A stretch of DNA of 64,000 nt. It comes from Camelus ferus. Lineage: Eukaryota. Under the pieces are notes generated by a model. That model did no database searches, was not told the origin of the DNA, and saw only the letters and a program-made list of their open reading frames with translations. The stretch is from assembly GCF_009834535.1 (NCBI RefSeq), contig NC_045697.1, positions 108,440,001 to 108,504,000 on the forward strand, read 5' to 3'. Positions 39,007-50,712 of this stretch are shown one piece after another. The stretch's first letter is position 1. Each line of letters starts with the position of its first letter. The translations under genes and the position numbers were made by a program.

Positions 39007-39700
39007 GCCCTCTCCTTTGACTACAGCTGTGTGTATAGATGACACTTGCCAAGCTCAGATCCTGTGCTTTCAATGCAGGACTGAAATGCAAACATACTTG
39101 TAACGTGGAAACACACTTTTATTTCCTAAGGGCCCTGTAATCAAGGCAAAAGCTATTACTTGATCACATAATTAACCTTAGGAATAGAAGTGTAAACAGC
39201 ACAATTCATGAATTTGTTAATTGGCCTTCCCTGCTACTGATATTAGCCCAGGTTGATCTGTTGTTCTCCTCTGTTGATTATCTGAAATAGGAAGTTTGCT
39301 AATTTGGATTTCTCCAGGGTAAGCAAGGGAAAAGAGTGAAGTAAGGGCTTTTGAACAATTTGTGTATATTCCGTAGGTAAGTGACTATTTTTTTTTTCTC
39401 TTAGAGATGGACACACTTAGAAGGAAGCCATTCCCCATCTAGCAGCTCTGGACCGCTCTCCAGATTTCCGTTCTGTGCACTGATTAGCCAGATTGCTGGT
39501 TACTGATGTGGGAGGCCACCGCCCCGGGCAGCAGAGACATAAAACAACCAGTAATGCTCATCGGCAGTCATGCTTTCAGGACTCTGAATCTCAGCCTAAT
39601 TTAGTTCTAATTTATTTTCCCCATTGCAATGACTCCTTAGCTGAGTGGAAATAAACAGAAACACTAGGGTGTGTGTACGCTCAGGCCCTGCGAATGGAGG

Positions 39701-39704
39701 GCGC

Positions 39705-39735
<31 letters not shown>

Positions 39736-39743
39736 TGTGTGTG
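39701..39743. repeat. (CG)9(TG)n compound microsatellite
   Basis: gcgcgcgcgcgcgcgcgcgtgtgtgtgtgtgtgtgtgtgtgtg. Confidence 0.95.
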
Positions 39744-41639
39744 GTCAGAGGTGGGGAGGCACAGTACCACGATTCCTCTCTTAGGAGTTTTAAAGAATTA
39801 TACTCACCAAAGCAGAAGTCTTGGATTCTGAGAGAAGGGAAATGTCATGGCATTCCTCTCCTTGGTGTTTCTTTTCCAACAAGACACACCTGCGGGCCAA
39901 TTTCCAGAAGCAGCCAATCAATACTGAAGAGATCCTTTCATTGGAGCCCTGGTTATGAAGCAGAGTTGCTTAATTAAGTTGGACCCTGGGCCTCTGATGG
40001 CTTCTTTAATTAAAAAGAAAAAAAAAAAAAAAAACCAAACCCAAAATTTCACTGAGGGTAGTGATACCAGGCCCGATTTGTTCACACATACTTATCATTC
40101 AAGGATCCATCTTGTGAAGTCACTGATGACCTCAGAAAATTAACAAGCTGCCCCCTTCAACAAACAGCTTATTTCCATTGTCAAGTGATGGTTAAATAGC
40201 TCTCGAAAAAGAAAAGCTTGCTAATGGCCCCTGAAGTTGCTTTGAAACCTTTAGGTCTCTTGCTAGTTAAGAGCCAACCAGGAGGCCACAGTGAAACATA
40301 CACAGATGAACAGCCTGGGGCCACGGGGCCTGAGCACCACAAACCGCCAAGTGCAGACAGGGCGTGTCTGTGGTTTGGGGGCTTCTGGCAATCTGGGATG
40401 TGTTCAAAAGGATCAGGTGACCGCAGTCTGTCACCGGGATCTTAGGACTCAGCCTGGGGTGCTGAGCTGACGGCAGCAAGCCCCACCCCCGGACTCTGGC
40501 CCCGCCCTGCAAGCCTGTAGGCCTCTGAGGCTTACCGATTCCAGCGCCTTTCCTGAGCACGGTCAGGGCCGATGAAGAACTCAAGGCACTGCTGCTGTCT
40601 GTTAGGCAGGTTTGGAAGGTCAGGAGTAACTCACAGTGACAGCGCCCCAGTCACGTCTGTTCTGGGGACCAACATGCACCCAGACTCATTCGCGCTGCAC
40701 ACTTGGGAGTAACCGTGCGCACACCCTCAACGCTGAGTTTCAGCAGGACCTCACACAGACACAAGGGAAGTCTTCCAGCGCATGGCTTCTGCTCTCCTAC
40801 TGGCCCCTCTCTGGCCTGTTTGAAATTTTGATCTCAAATTTCAAGGGAAAAACAACATTTCCAAAAGAGATGACTCTGGACTTCCCTTTTCAAAAAGGTT
40901 AGTCATTTTCACTTGGCTGCGGAGATGTATTTCCAAGCGGAGAAAATGCTTAAGATACCTGGTGGGAGAGTTTGGAAGTGCAACCCAATGCTAGTTCAAA
41001 GGAGGTCGTGGAAAAGCAGGTCAGGGAGAGGATGGCGGCCGTACCCCTGGGGCTCCAGAAGCAGCCAGTCCTCTTGATGTAGGACACATGGGCTACAACT
41101 CGGGTTCCCCATCCGTCCCTGCTCAGATCAGAACCTGATCAAAAGTGCGGATTCTTCTCTTCCAGATCTTAATGGAATGTAATTTTCACCTTGAGACTGA
41201 GCGATAAAATAAAGCACTTTTTATTTTATCTTTTATTTTAACTCATAAACCAGAGACCACACTGAGCACATCACAGGCATCGTCTACTCAGACCTCCAAC
41301 GGCTTACTGAGGGGGCTTATTTTGGGGCCCCCTTTACGGATGAAAAATGGGGACAGAGCACCCAGGTCATTTGCCCCTATACAGCTCTCACCCTGTGGAA
41401 CTCCTCCAGGGGGAGCCTCCCGAGACCCCTTTTGTGCCATTAGACCAGGTGACATGGTGACTAGCTTGATCAGTGCCTTGTTAATGGACGCTGACTGGCT
41501 GGGTAAGAATGCCATTATTTCTGAAATCTGCTCTACTGATTTTTTTTTTTTTTTTTGGCCTTGCTTTATTTATTTATTTTTTATTTTTTTATTTTTTTTG
41601 GCCTTGCTTTAAAATGTATACTTTTAGCAAAGTCACGCA

Positions 41640-42700
41640 AAAAAAGGAAAGCATATCAAAATGCTGTACCCCTTTTCCATCCCCTCCAAGCTCAAAGGCA
41701 AACATTTGTAACTTTTTCAGCTAATTCTTCTGAGGGAAACCTTCTCTCTTTTCAGAATACGCTGATCCTCTTATTTCGTAGGTTTCTTTTTTTTTCATTT
41801 TCAACATTAATAATTTAATTTTGGATTATGGTAGATGAAGATTTAACTCCTTCCCCCATCCCACTTCCCTCCCCTCCCCCACAGACATTTTAGCACAATC
41901 GTTGATCAGTATTTACATTTTTATAGCTGCATGAATGTGCTTTACTTCAGGGCTACATAGTGCACTAACGATGCTTAAGTTTTTTTTTTTTTACATTCTG
42001 AGTTAATACTTCCTTCACTTTCATGTGTTGTACAGCTTTTGATATATTGAAACCTTCAGATTTTTTTCTGAATTTATTATCAGTTGTCCTGATACTGAGA
42101 TTTCTTTTCTCTAAATGCTCTATCACGATAGTGAGATAATTTATCATTTCCTTTGTATTCTAAGGCCCTCCCTACTCACATATCATGTCATCTCGTTGAC
42201 TGGTAGGTTTTGAGTCCAAATTCCTATCATCCTTGAACTCCCTTGACCCGCTCCTGTGTTGAAATTTCCTATTTGCTGTATGCCAGGTTGTCCTCTTTTG
42301 TGATTTAATTCATTGTTCTGTTGGACCATATTGTCCACATCTTTTTAAGAAAGAGTTTGTAAGAGGTAGTCTGTCCCTCAATTCTGCTAATTTTTCTTGT
42401 ATGAATTTTTAAATAAGTTATTCTGTCTTTTGTTTCTTGAAACTGTCATTTAGATGTCACATGTCTCAGACTGATCCTCTAAGTGGTTTATGTTTCCTCT
42501 GCTAATTTCTGCCTCTTCTTTTTAACTTGTTTGATTTGCTCAATTTTTATTTTCCACTGACAGTTTTTCTTTTAAAATTTCTACCACATTTTAGCTTCCA
42601 AGAGGCCTTTTAAAAGTTGCATCCTGTTCCTGTATTATAAGATACAGTATTTTATCTTTCTGAGGGTATTAATGATAGTTCTTTTTCAAAGTTTATTTCA
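41640..42700 (-). mobile_element. Ancient L1M(E)-like fragments
   Basis: Strongly T-rich strand asymmetry with degraded L1 antisense-like motifs. Boundaries approximate. Confidence 0.4.
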
Positions 42701-43899
42701 TGGCATTCTGGGAAAGGGTGGGAGAGAACTGCAGACTGTAACTTAATATCCATTGTCATTTCTGAGCCACACCCTCTGCTGCCTCTGCCTAAGGCTGGGA
42801 ACTCACTTTGGGCTACATGCTCTTTATAGTTCTTGTAAACGGTGTGTATGTTGGTGGGGGTGGTGGGGGGGGAGGGTTATACAGGTGGTCTCCTGGCTGC
42901 AAGAAGATGCTACTTGGCTCTCCTCTTCTGTTGCCCTTTTGGGATTATGCCTGTTTAATTTCTCTACTATGATTTAAATGGGTCTTTGGAGAGAAAAAGA
43001 TAATTTTCATTTTGAACAGGATTACTTCCTAACAGGGGGAGACTGCTCTCTTAGGTTCCTGGCACAGTTTGGAAGGTAGTTTGGGCATTGTGTTCTGGAA
43101 GTCCCAGATCAAGCCGGAAATGGTGGCCTTAAACCCGGTCACCACTGTCTGTATTGTTAGCGGCAGTGATAATACTACAGGGACCACCACTCACTGAGTA
43201 CACGATTGGCCAAGCCTGTACCAGGTGCTTTATGTGTTACCACCTGTAACATTCACAGCTTTCTCCTTTATAGATGAAGAAAGAGGTTCAGAAAGATTTA
43301 AAAAAAAAAATCTTCCAGAGTCACACAAGTGGCTGAGATGGAATTTGAATATAACTCTTGGTAACAACGGGAGCTAACACGTACTGAGGATTTACCATGT
43401 AACAGTCATGAGAGGACAAAAACGTGCTCCTCGATTGCCCAGTTGTTTGGGGGACACAGCGCATCAACGGTGATTTATTTAAAAAAATTCTTGTACAACT
43501 AATGTGTCCATCCTTTGTAGAACTGGCGTATTTTTTTTTCCCTAAATGATCTGGAAACAACCTTTCTTGGATAATATGCTATTTTCCTCACTTTGCCTAT
43601 ATTCTCATTGCTGTGCGAATCTCTTACAGGAAGTCTTTTTAGGCAACTCACTCTCTTTTGACTCTGCAATTAGAAAAACTGATTCCAATATTCCAATAAA
43701 AGGGGATTTATTACAGTCAAATCACACCAGAAATGACTCCATGCTGTTCTTCAGGCCTCCCTTGTTGAAATCCAGGCCCTTGCCTGCTTCTGTGGCTTTA
43801 TGTTGGCCCCCAGGTCCGCAAGCTGGAACCGAGGCGGCATCATTTTCCCCTACGACCTATGACCTGCTACACGTTCCCATATTTGCAAGGCAGTTGTGA

Positions 43900-44140
43900 A
43901 TCACACATAATAAAGTAGTTAAGGGTTTGGGCTTTTGAGTCACAAGTCCAGGTTTGAATCCCAGTTTCTCCAAGTCTTTTTTTTTTCCCCTTTGTGGCCT
44001 CGAGCAAGTCACTTGACATCTCTGTACCTGTTCCTTCATCTGTAAAACAGGACTAATAATAATAACACATCCTGGGACAGTTGAGAAAATTAAATGAATA
44101 AATGATTTTAAAATACTCGTAACCATGCTAAGTTACAAGT
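43900..44140 (+). mobile_element. MIR SINE
   Basis: ccaggtttgaatcccag...gagcaagtcacttgacatctctgtacctgttccttcatctgtaaaacagg...aattaaatga. Confidence 0.75.
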
Positions 44141-44305
44141 GCACGAGAGCAGCCAGCTACGTTATTACTGGTAGTATCTACAAGCCTTTAGCGGATACTT
44201 ACCAGGCATGCGCACCAGGTGCTATGCTAACTGCCTGACGTACAGCGTTTCCTGTAATCCCCACAACGCGTCACTTACAGATGAGGGGATTAGAGCTGGG
44301 AGAGG

Positions 44306-44620
44306 CAGAGGCGGATTTTCCTTGACGCTGATGAGGCTGAGCTTCGGGGCCCCTCCTTTAACGGATCCCTGTGGGAGCTGGGGGTGCTGGGAGGGGCAGG
44401 CGGGCTGGGGTCAGAAGCGCTTTTATTAAGCATGTCTGGTAATTGCCTGAAGATATCTCAGAAAAAAAGGGATCTGCATTACCAAGGCTTCAGTAAATTG
44501 CTATCTTTATCATTCTAAATATTCACTTTGGGGTCTAATTTTGCAAGTTCTTTTATTTTCTGTAAGAGGATCCTTAAGTTTACAAACTTCAGGTCCCCCA
44601 TGCCCGATCTGACCCTTCCC
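44306..44620. mobile_element. hAT-Tip100-like (MER53/Zaphod-like) DNA transposon relic
   Basis: cagaggcggattttcc...gagcttcggggccc and attctaaatattcacttt...ctaattttg...aaacttcaggtcccc...gatctgaccct. Confidence 0.5.
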
Positions 44621-47319
44621 AGAGGTGCATGCAGTTTCACTTGTAATCTCTACACCTTGCTGTGTCCTTGCTAGATTGATTTGAGCTCTCAAAGTCACTC
44701 ATAGGAATCGAGAGAAGCCTCAAGTTGAAAGGCTCAGGGTAGCAGCGGACTAGCCTGTCTTGCTGCCTGTCTTGCTGACTGCATTTAGTGAGGCACAAGG
44801 GTTTGCTGAAGTCTAAACAGGCTTCATCAGTATAACTTTAAAAAGTCTTGCGAGTAGCCTTCCTCTTATGGTGCGTAGTGGTATGATGTCTCTTTTATAA
44901 TCTATGAATCTCCTAGAAAAATAGCAAATCGGCAATATATTTCTGTGGCCTATTATATATGAGCCTTTGACTTGCAAGGGTGATTTCAACATCATTTTCC
45001 TTTTGCAGAGCATGACTGCTGGAGCAAAACAAAACCCAAAGATAAACAGCCATCGTAGGTTTTGCCATGATAGATTTTCCAAAGCAAAGAATGAAACATC
45101 AAAATGTCCACTCAGTGCTTCCTTGTCCTTAAGAATCCTGGGGAGAATCAGATCACCTGAAATAGAAACTCTGCTATTTTTATACCCAATTGCAAACTGG
45201 GAAGTCACCAGGCTTTTGTCTCAGCAATGAGTCTTCCTAGGAACTGGATCTAGAATTTATTTATACTTTACACTTTGGAGAAGGGTGCATTCTGAGTCCT
45301 TGCAGCTTTTGGGGCTTCTCCTTTTTTTGATGAACCTTTGAAATTACCTTTTGATATTTCTGGTCTCTTCCACCTAGAAAAAGAAGGTAGCAGAGGAAAG
45401 AAGTTGGCAAGAACCTCCCTCATTTGGACATAACTAGTATTAACCGGGTGGACAATGTGTTGCTGGTGAACAATGCCATGCTATGTTTGTCTGCAATTTA
45501 AATCAACGGCTGGCACTCTCCAGAACGGGGGTGGGGGGGTGGGGTGTTGGGTGCAGCCAAAGTGGATCTAACTTAAAATCCATCTCCTGGGCAGTAGACA
45601 ATGCCAAAATAAAAAACTGTGCACCAGCTTTTCAAATTACCACATAGTAGCTTAATGCAGGACTCCAGGAACATTGTGTAAACACCCCCCCACCCCCGCT
45701 TTCACACAGAGGCCATATCATGGAAAAGAATTAGCAATCTCCCCTTGGCCACCAACACCTTCCCTTTATATGGTCCATTTCTTTATTTTCATGGATGAAG
45801 AAGGGAAAGGCTTAATGGAAATATTATGCCTCACTGAGAACAAGAAGCTTATTCCCAGGTGCCCATATATTCCTGTGTATGTGTTATGTATACACGCACA
45901 CATAATCTATCTCCAAAATGCAGTGAGGCACGGAACCTTAAAACAACCTGCGTCAGAAGCATTTATTCAAATTCATTCATCAGCAACACTAAACCACTCA
46001 CACGATCGGTAGAATTACCAATGGCTTTACAAAACAGGAGGTTCGCCTAGGACTGCTGTAAGAGACAAGAAGGTCGAATCTTTCATTGCTGATGAATCTG
46101 ACAGAGGACAGTTTACCATCCTGACTAATTTTAAGGGGGTGGTGGATGACTAATGGAAGGAAAGTGAATAAGGCCACACCTGAGGGAAGGAGTCAGAAAC
46201 AATGTCACGTGAATCCACTCGTGCTATGCACAGTGGCTTGTTTCTAGTTTCTATTAATGTGGGATGTCAGGGGTCACAGGAGCCAGGACAGAGCTGGGCA
46301 GCCTCTGCCAGGCATCTCTCTCCACCTCAGAGTCTTTGTTGCACAAAACGCAATGAGCGCATCAGGGAAAACAGTGTGGAAAACAAGGCACAGCCTGGGT
46401 CTGGGGAAGCTGCCCTCCATCCCGGCTCACTTCAGGGAAGAGAAAGGCACAGAGGTCTTGACTGTCGTTGTTATTTGATCGTAGCCTTCAACCAATTCAG
46501 AGTAGAAAGGAGACCCTGTAACAGACTAGCTCACAAGGCATAGAGAAAATGGCTTAAAAACAGTTCACATTAATACAATTAACTAAATGTCAATTACTTT
46601 TTGAAATTAAACAAATAGGTTGAAACACTTACTTAAACATTGGGGTGTACTAGCTGTTGCAAATGAATTAAATAGTTCTGGTGTCTTATATAGCAGTAAG
46701 GGAGTTTCCAGTTGTCAAAATTATAAACAATTCCAATTTTAAAAAGAGATAGTAAACCCTCTTTGCTCAGTTCAGTAAGTATTTACTGAGCACCTGTTCC
46801 AGGCTTTCATGGGTTACTACGTGTCCTAATTTTAGTTTTAGTTCCAGGCAATGTTTGATCTTTGGGAACTTGTAACACCTGAATGTGAGGACTGCCTTTT
46901 ATCTGTGAAGAGTGGAAAATTCACAGTTATATAAGGTGGTGAATTTCTTCATTAAGGAGGCCACAAAGCAGGGTTCCCTTTGTGTCCTTTCTTACTTCAA
47001 TGATGATACTTTAATTCCTTCAGGAGGAGGTTAATACTTTCCCTTTCAGGAACAGATCCCCTGTAATGAAGAGTATTCATTTATTCATAAATAATATTTA
47101 ATGAACACCTAAGTATATTCAAAATCACTGCTAGGTGCTCCATACCTGTCTATCTCCCAAGACTTCTGTAAGACTCAAATGAGAAATCTATGTGACTCCA
47201 CTTAAAAAATGTCAATTGCTATATATAGAGAAATGCTATTTTTATTACATACCTGAATGAGTCACAAATACATTCAACTGTGCCTAAATAGAGCAAGTTA
47301 TCTGGGCCTATTTTCTTTA

Positions 47320-47510
47320 ATAGTGGCTACCACTTAACTGAGCTACAAATGCCGTCAGGATGCTTGGTGCTTTATAGCATTTCATTTAATCCCCACAAGA
47401 GCCTAAGGAGGTGGGCATTCTCTGCACGCTAGATCTGATGACTAGACAGATAAGCAGACAGAGGTGGACCTGGGTTCAGGCTTGTCTGTCTGTGAACTCA
47501 TGCTCTTCTA
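47320..47510 (-). mobile_element. MIR SINE
   Basis: cacttaactgagc...gtgctttatagcatttcatttaatccccacaagagcctaaggaggtggg. Confidence 0.55.
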
Positions 47511-47529
47511 TAAGATACATTTATTTTTA

Positions 47530-48420
47530 TAGATGACGTCGTTCTTCGGTAGCATTGTAGTTAAGCCACAACTACATTATGAAAAATCAAGCAGTTTCAA
47601 GACTGCCAGGTAGAATGACAACTTCCGGATCAATCCGCGGCGTCAGTGTGAACAGGAGTGACCGCTCTGGGCTACACCCTGTTGACCCTAAAGCAGGCGG
47701 GGCCGCTGGCCGGCACTTTACCGCCTGATGAGATTTTTGCCTCGTGCTTATTAGCCTTGCGGTCTTTCTGTCTTTTCCTCTAACCGGTCGCTTCTCTCTT
47801 AAGTTCTTGTGCTTGTAACAGGCTGTGGCCTAATAAACCAAACCACCAAAGGCACTGCGACGGTCTCCAGGGCAGCGCTTCTCCGAGCTGTGCCCGTGAC
47901 CAGCCCGGTGAGCTCCCTTACACGCAGGCTCCTGCGTCCTCGTCCCTGACGTTCTGATTTAGCAGCTTTAGGGGAGGCGAGGCCCCGGAACCGCTGCCCT
48001 AGGAGTGAAGAACACGGACTCGGGATTGCATCCGTATTTAAGTTTTCGATGTTCACCTCTGGCCTGGAGAGTTGGGATTCCTGGAGACAGCTGGGGGTCG
48101 GGGGAAACCGCTATTTGAGAGGCTACCTAATTTGAATAACTGAACTTCAGTTTTTTCCCACTTAATTTATAAAAGACTAGATTGATTTAATACAACGGTG
48201 ACAAAAGAGCCGGGAAGTACCACAAAAATGCCTTTTTCCCTTCAAAGCCTTGCTTTAGTCTGTCAAAACGCTCGGCTTCTTCCTTCTTACAGGGCACGAG
48301 TCCTGGTGCTCGGCTGGTTATCTGACTTCTGACAAACACCCAACCCGCGCGGGCCGCCGTCTTGCCCTCCTCTTTAAAGTGGAGATAACAGTGCGTGCTT
48401 CTCAGGGGCGGTGGGAGCTT
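47530..48420. promoter_or_regulatory. CpG-rich island / promoter-like element just downstream of the FBXW7 poly(A) site
   Basis: Local CpG density is clearly above the flanks. ETS core ACTTCCGG (47621-47628), GC box GGCGGGGC (47696-47703), CRE-like TGACGTCG near 47534. Confidence 0.5.
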
Positions 48421-48810
48421 CAGAGAGAATGCATAGAAAGTTCCTGGTAAGTACTTGGTATGTGGTCAAATTGGAAAAATTAATTTTTTTTTATCAGAAT
48501 TCTAGTTGTAACTTCCACAAAAGCTTGATAGCTCGCTGAGGGACCAGATTTCATAGGTAACACAACCCGACGGGAACAGGGGAAGCCCAGTGCGGTGTTT
48601 CCCTCTGGACAGCCTGTGAGATAAACGCAGTTTGCATTTTCAGCTCACTGTTCTCACTTCAGCTGCAGGAAACAGGCCTGGAAGCATCGATTTCTATGCC
48701 ACACTACAGGGGATGCAAAGGAACCAGGGCTTTGCTCTTTTAAATGTCAGAGACAAACCCTAAATATTTATAACGAAGTGTTATCACCTCAGTGGAAGAA
48801 ACAGGCATAC

Positions 48811-50443
48811 TAACATGAAAAAACACATTTTATTGCACTTAAGTTATAAGAAAATAAAATTTCTAAGTGAATCAAACCATAGACACAATCCCTTTAAAGG
48901 TTGTTTTCCTCCATCATGTCAGGTTGTTACATAACTAAAATTAACCAAGTTGAATCTGATTGTTTTAAATCAGACTATAAATAAAACAAACAAAAAAAAT
49001 AAACAGGAGGAGGAAAAAAAAAGATCACCTACGATACAGTGTTAAACCACTTTCACAGTTCAGCTTGAGTTGTGGCTCTTGGAGAATGAGGCAAACCATT
49101 TGACTTTTTCATTCATTTCGCTTGTTTGCATGTGACGCCTTTACTACAAAAACTGGATCGTTTCTGCTTTGTCAGTTACTCAGAGCAATAAAACTGTAAC
49201 AGTTGTTTTCCCAAATACTGTAAAACACTAAGACTGACCAGCAACTTTAATTTTGTGTTTTATGGATTTTTAAAATATTTTGTCAGTTTTCTGATGTACG
49301 TTCATCCATTCACCACAGCCCTCAAAAAGAAAGGTCTCTCCGCAGAACAGGCGGCAACAGCTCTGTTCCAAGGAATGTGTTTTAATTTTTGCCCAGATAA
49401 AAGAAAATAAGCTTTGCACACACTCTCAATTCTTTACTTGCAGGCAAACTTCACTCTTTATTTTCTGAAACTCTCCCATTCTCAGCCTCTTAGAGGCACA
49501 GATGGTTCAAGTTTCAGTGGCAAAAAGTCTTTTTTTTTTTCCGTAACCAAACTAGAGCAAATTTGGAATTCAGTCTGGGACTAAAACGTCACAGCAGAAA
49601 AAAAATAAAAAAAAATAATTTGCTTTTTTTTTTTTCTTTCTTTCATTTAGCAGCATAAATAAGTTTGGCCACTGGGAGTACAGTACAGGGGTGGGACAAC
49701 GATCCCAGATGTGAAGACCTACTTCTAGCACCAGCATCAAGAATTACATCCATCTCGGGACTCACAGAACCCAGGACAACTTGCCACCTTTGAGCAACGT
49801 ATGCACTGAAGAGTGTATGTGGAAGCGACAGTAATAGATTAACAGAGACTAATACTGTGATTGATTGACATTGGCAATGGTTGGCAAAAAAAAAAAAAAA
49901 AAAAAAAGCTTTTCATGATAACTGTACAAAAACAATTCACAGTAATTGTTACTTTTTCAGCTTTTCCACTCCAGAAAAATGACTTTTTGTTGCAGATGCT
50001 CTCTGATTAGAAAGTCAGCGGGTACTGTTTGGACGTTACTGCAGCTTCCTTCCAGGTCTCAGTGGTAAAAGAACAGGCGAGTGGAATCTGGAAGGACGCT
50101 CCAGCGTGGACACTGCCCGGCGACCACTGGAGAAGAAAATAAAAGAAATAATTGCACCTGGTTTGATTTATAAAGTCTCCTTCTGCAAAGCTGCCCTCCG
50201 TCAAAGTGGAGCCCCTTCCGTGACGACGGCGGTGCCTCTCCTGTCAGCTGCGGTTTGTCCTCTCTTCCTTCTGAGTCCGTAGGTCTTTTCACTCTGTTGC
50301 CCCAAGCCAACATCCTGCACCACTGAGAACAAGGGATTTTTTTTTTCTTTTTCTTTTCTTTTTTCTTTTTTTTTTTTCTTTTGCAGGGGGAAGGGCTGGG
50401 GGTACGTCGTCTGCACGTCCGGACGGGCCATCTTTCCCGCTCC
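48811..50443 (-). other. FBXW7: FBXW7 3'UTR (about 1.63 kb)
   Basis: Follows the stop codon, has no recognisable interspersed repeat, is U-rich on the sense strand with many miRNA seed sites, and ends about 18 nt after an AATAAA. The cleavage position is inferred. Confidence 0.85.
48829..48834 (-). terminator. FBXW7 polyadenylation signal AATAAA
   Basis: tttatt on plus. The sense strand reads GTGCAATAAAATGTGTTTTTTCATGTTA, followed by GU/U-rich sequence. Confidence 0.85.
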
Positions 50444-50712
50444 TCACTTCATGTCCACATCAAAGTCCAGCACCAGCAGCTTGGTTTCCTCCGTCCCATT
50501 GCGACTCCCGACTGCACACACTAGCTTTGTGTTTGAGGCTCTGATCCGCCACACGACTCCCCCGCTCCCCCCACTCTCCAATGTGACTAGGTTGCGAATA
50601 AATTCACCCGTTTTCAAGTCCCAGAGTTTTACAGTTCCGTCATCTGAGCTGGTAATGACAAAGTTCTTGTTGAACTGTAAACAGGTCACAGCACTCTGAT
50701 GCTTGTTGGGAC
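50444..50712 (-). CDS. FBXW7: FBXW7 terminal coding exon: (G)PNKHQSAVTCLQFNKNFVITSSDDGTVKLWDLKTGEFIRNLVTLESGGSGGVVWRIRASNTKLVCAVGSRNGTEETKLLVLDFDVDMK*
   Basis: 269 coding nt. Acceptor ct 50713-50714, TGA at 50444-50446. The C-terminus DFDVDMK is diagnostic of FBXW7. Confidence 0.98.

Noticed and set aside
50336..50382. A-rich tract shortly after the FBXW7 stop as a proximal poly(A) site or retrocopy tail
   Set aside because: It is genomically encoded, has no upstream AATAAA, and the gene has introns. It is more likely a source of oligo-dT internal priming.
50451..50699. 82-aa plus-strand ORF antisense to the last FBXW7 exon
   Set aside because: A shadow ORF of the coding strand with no independent support.
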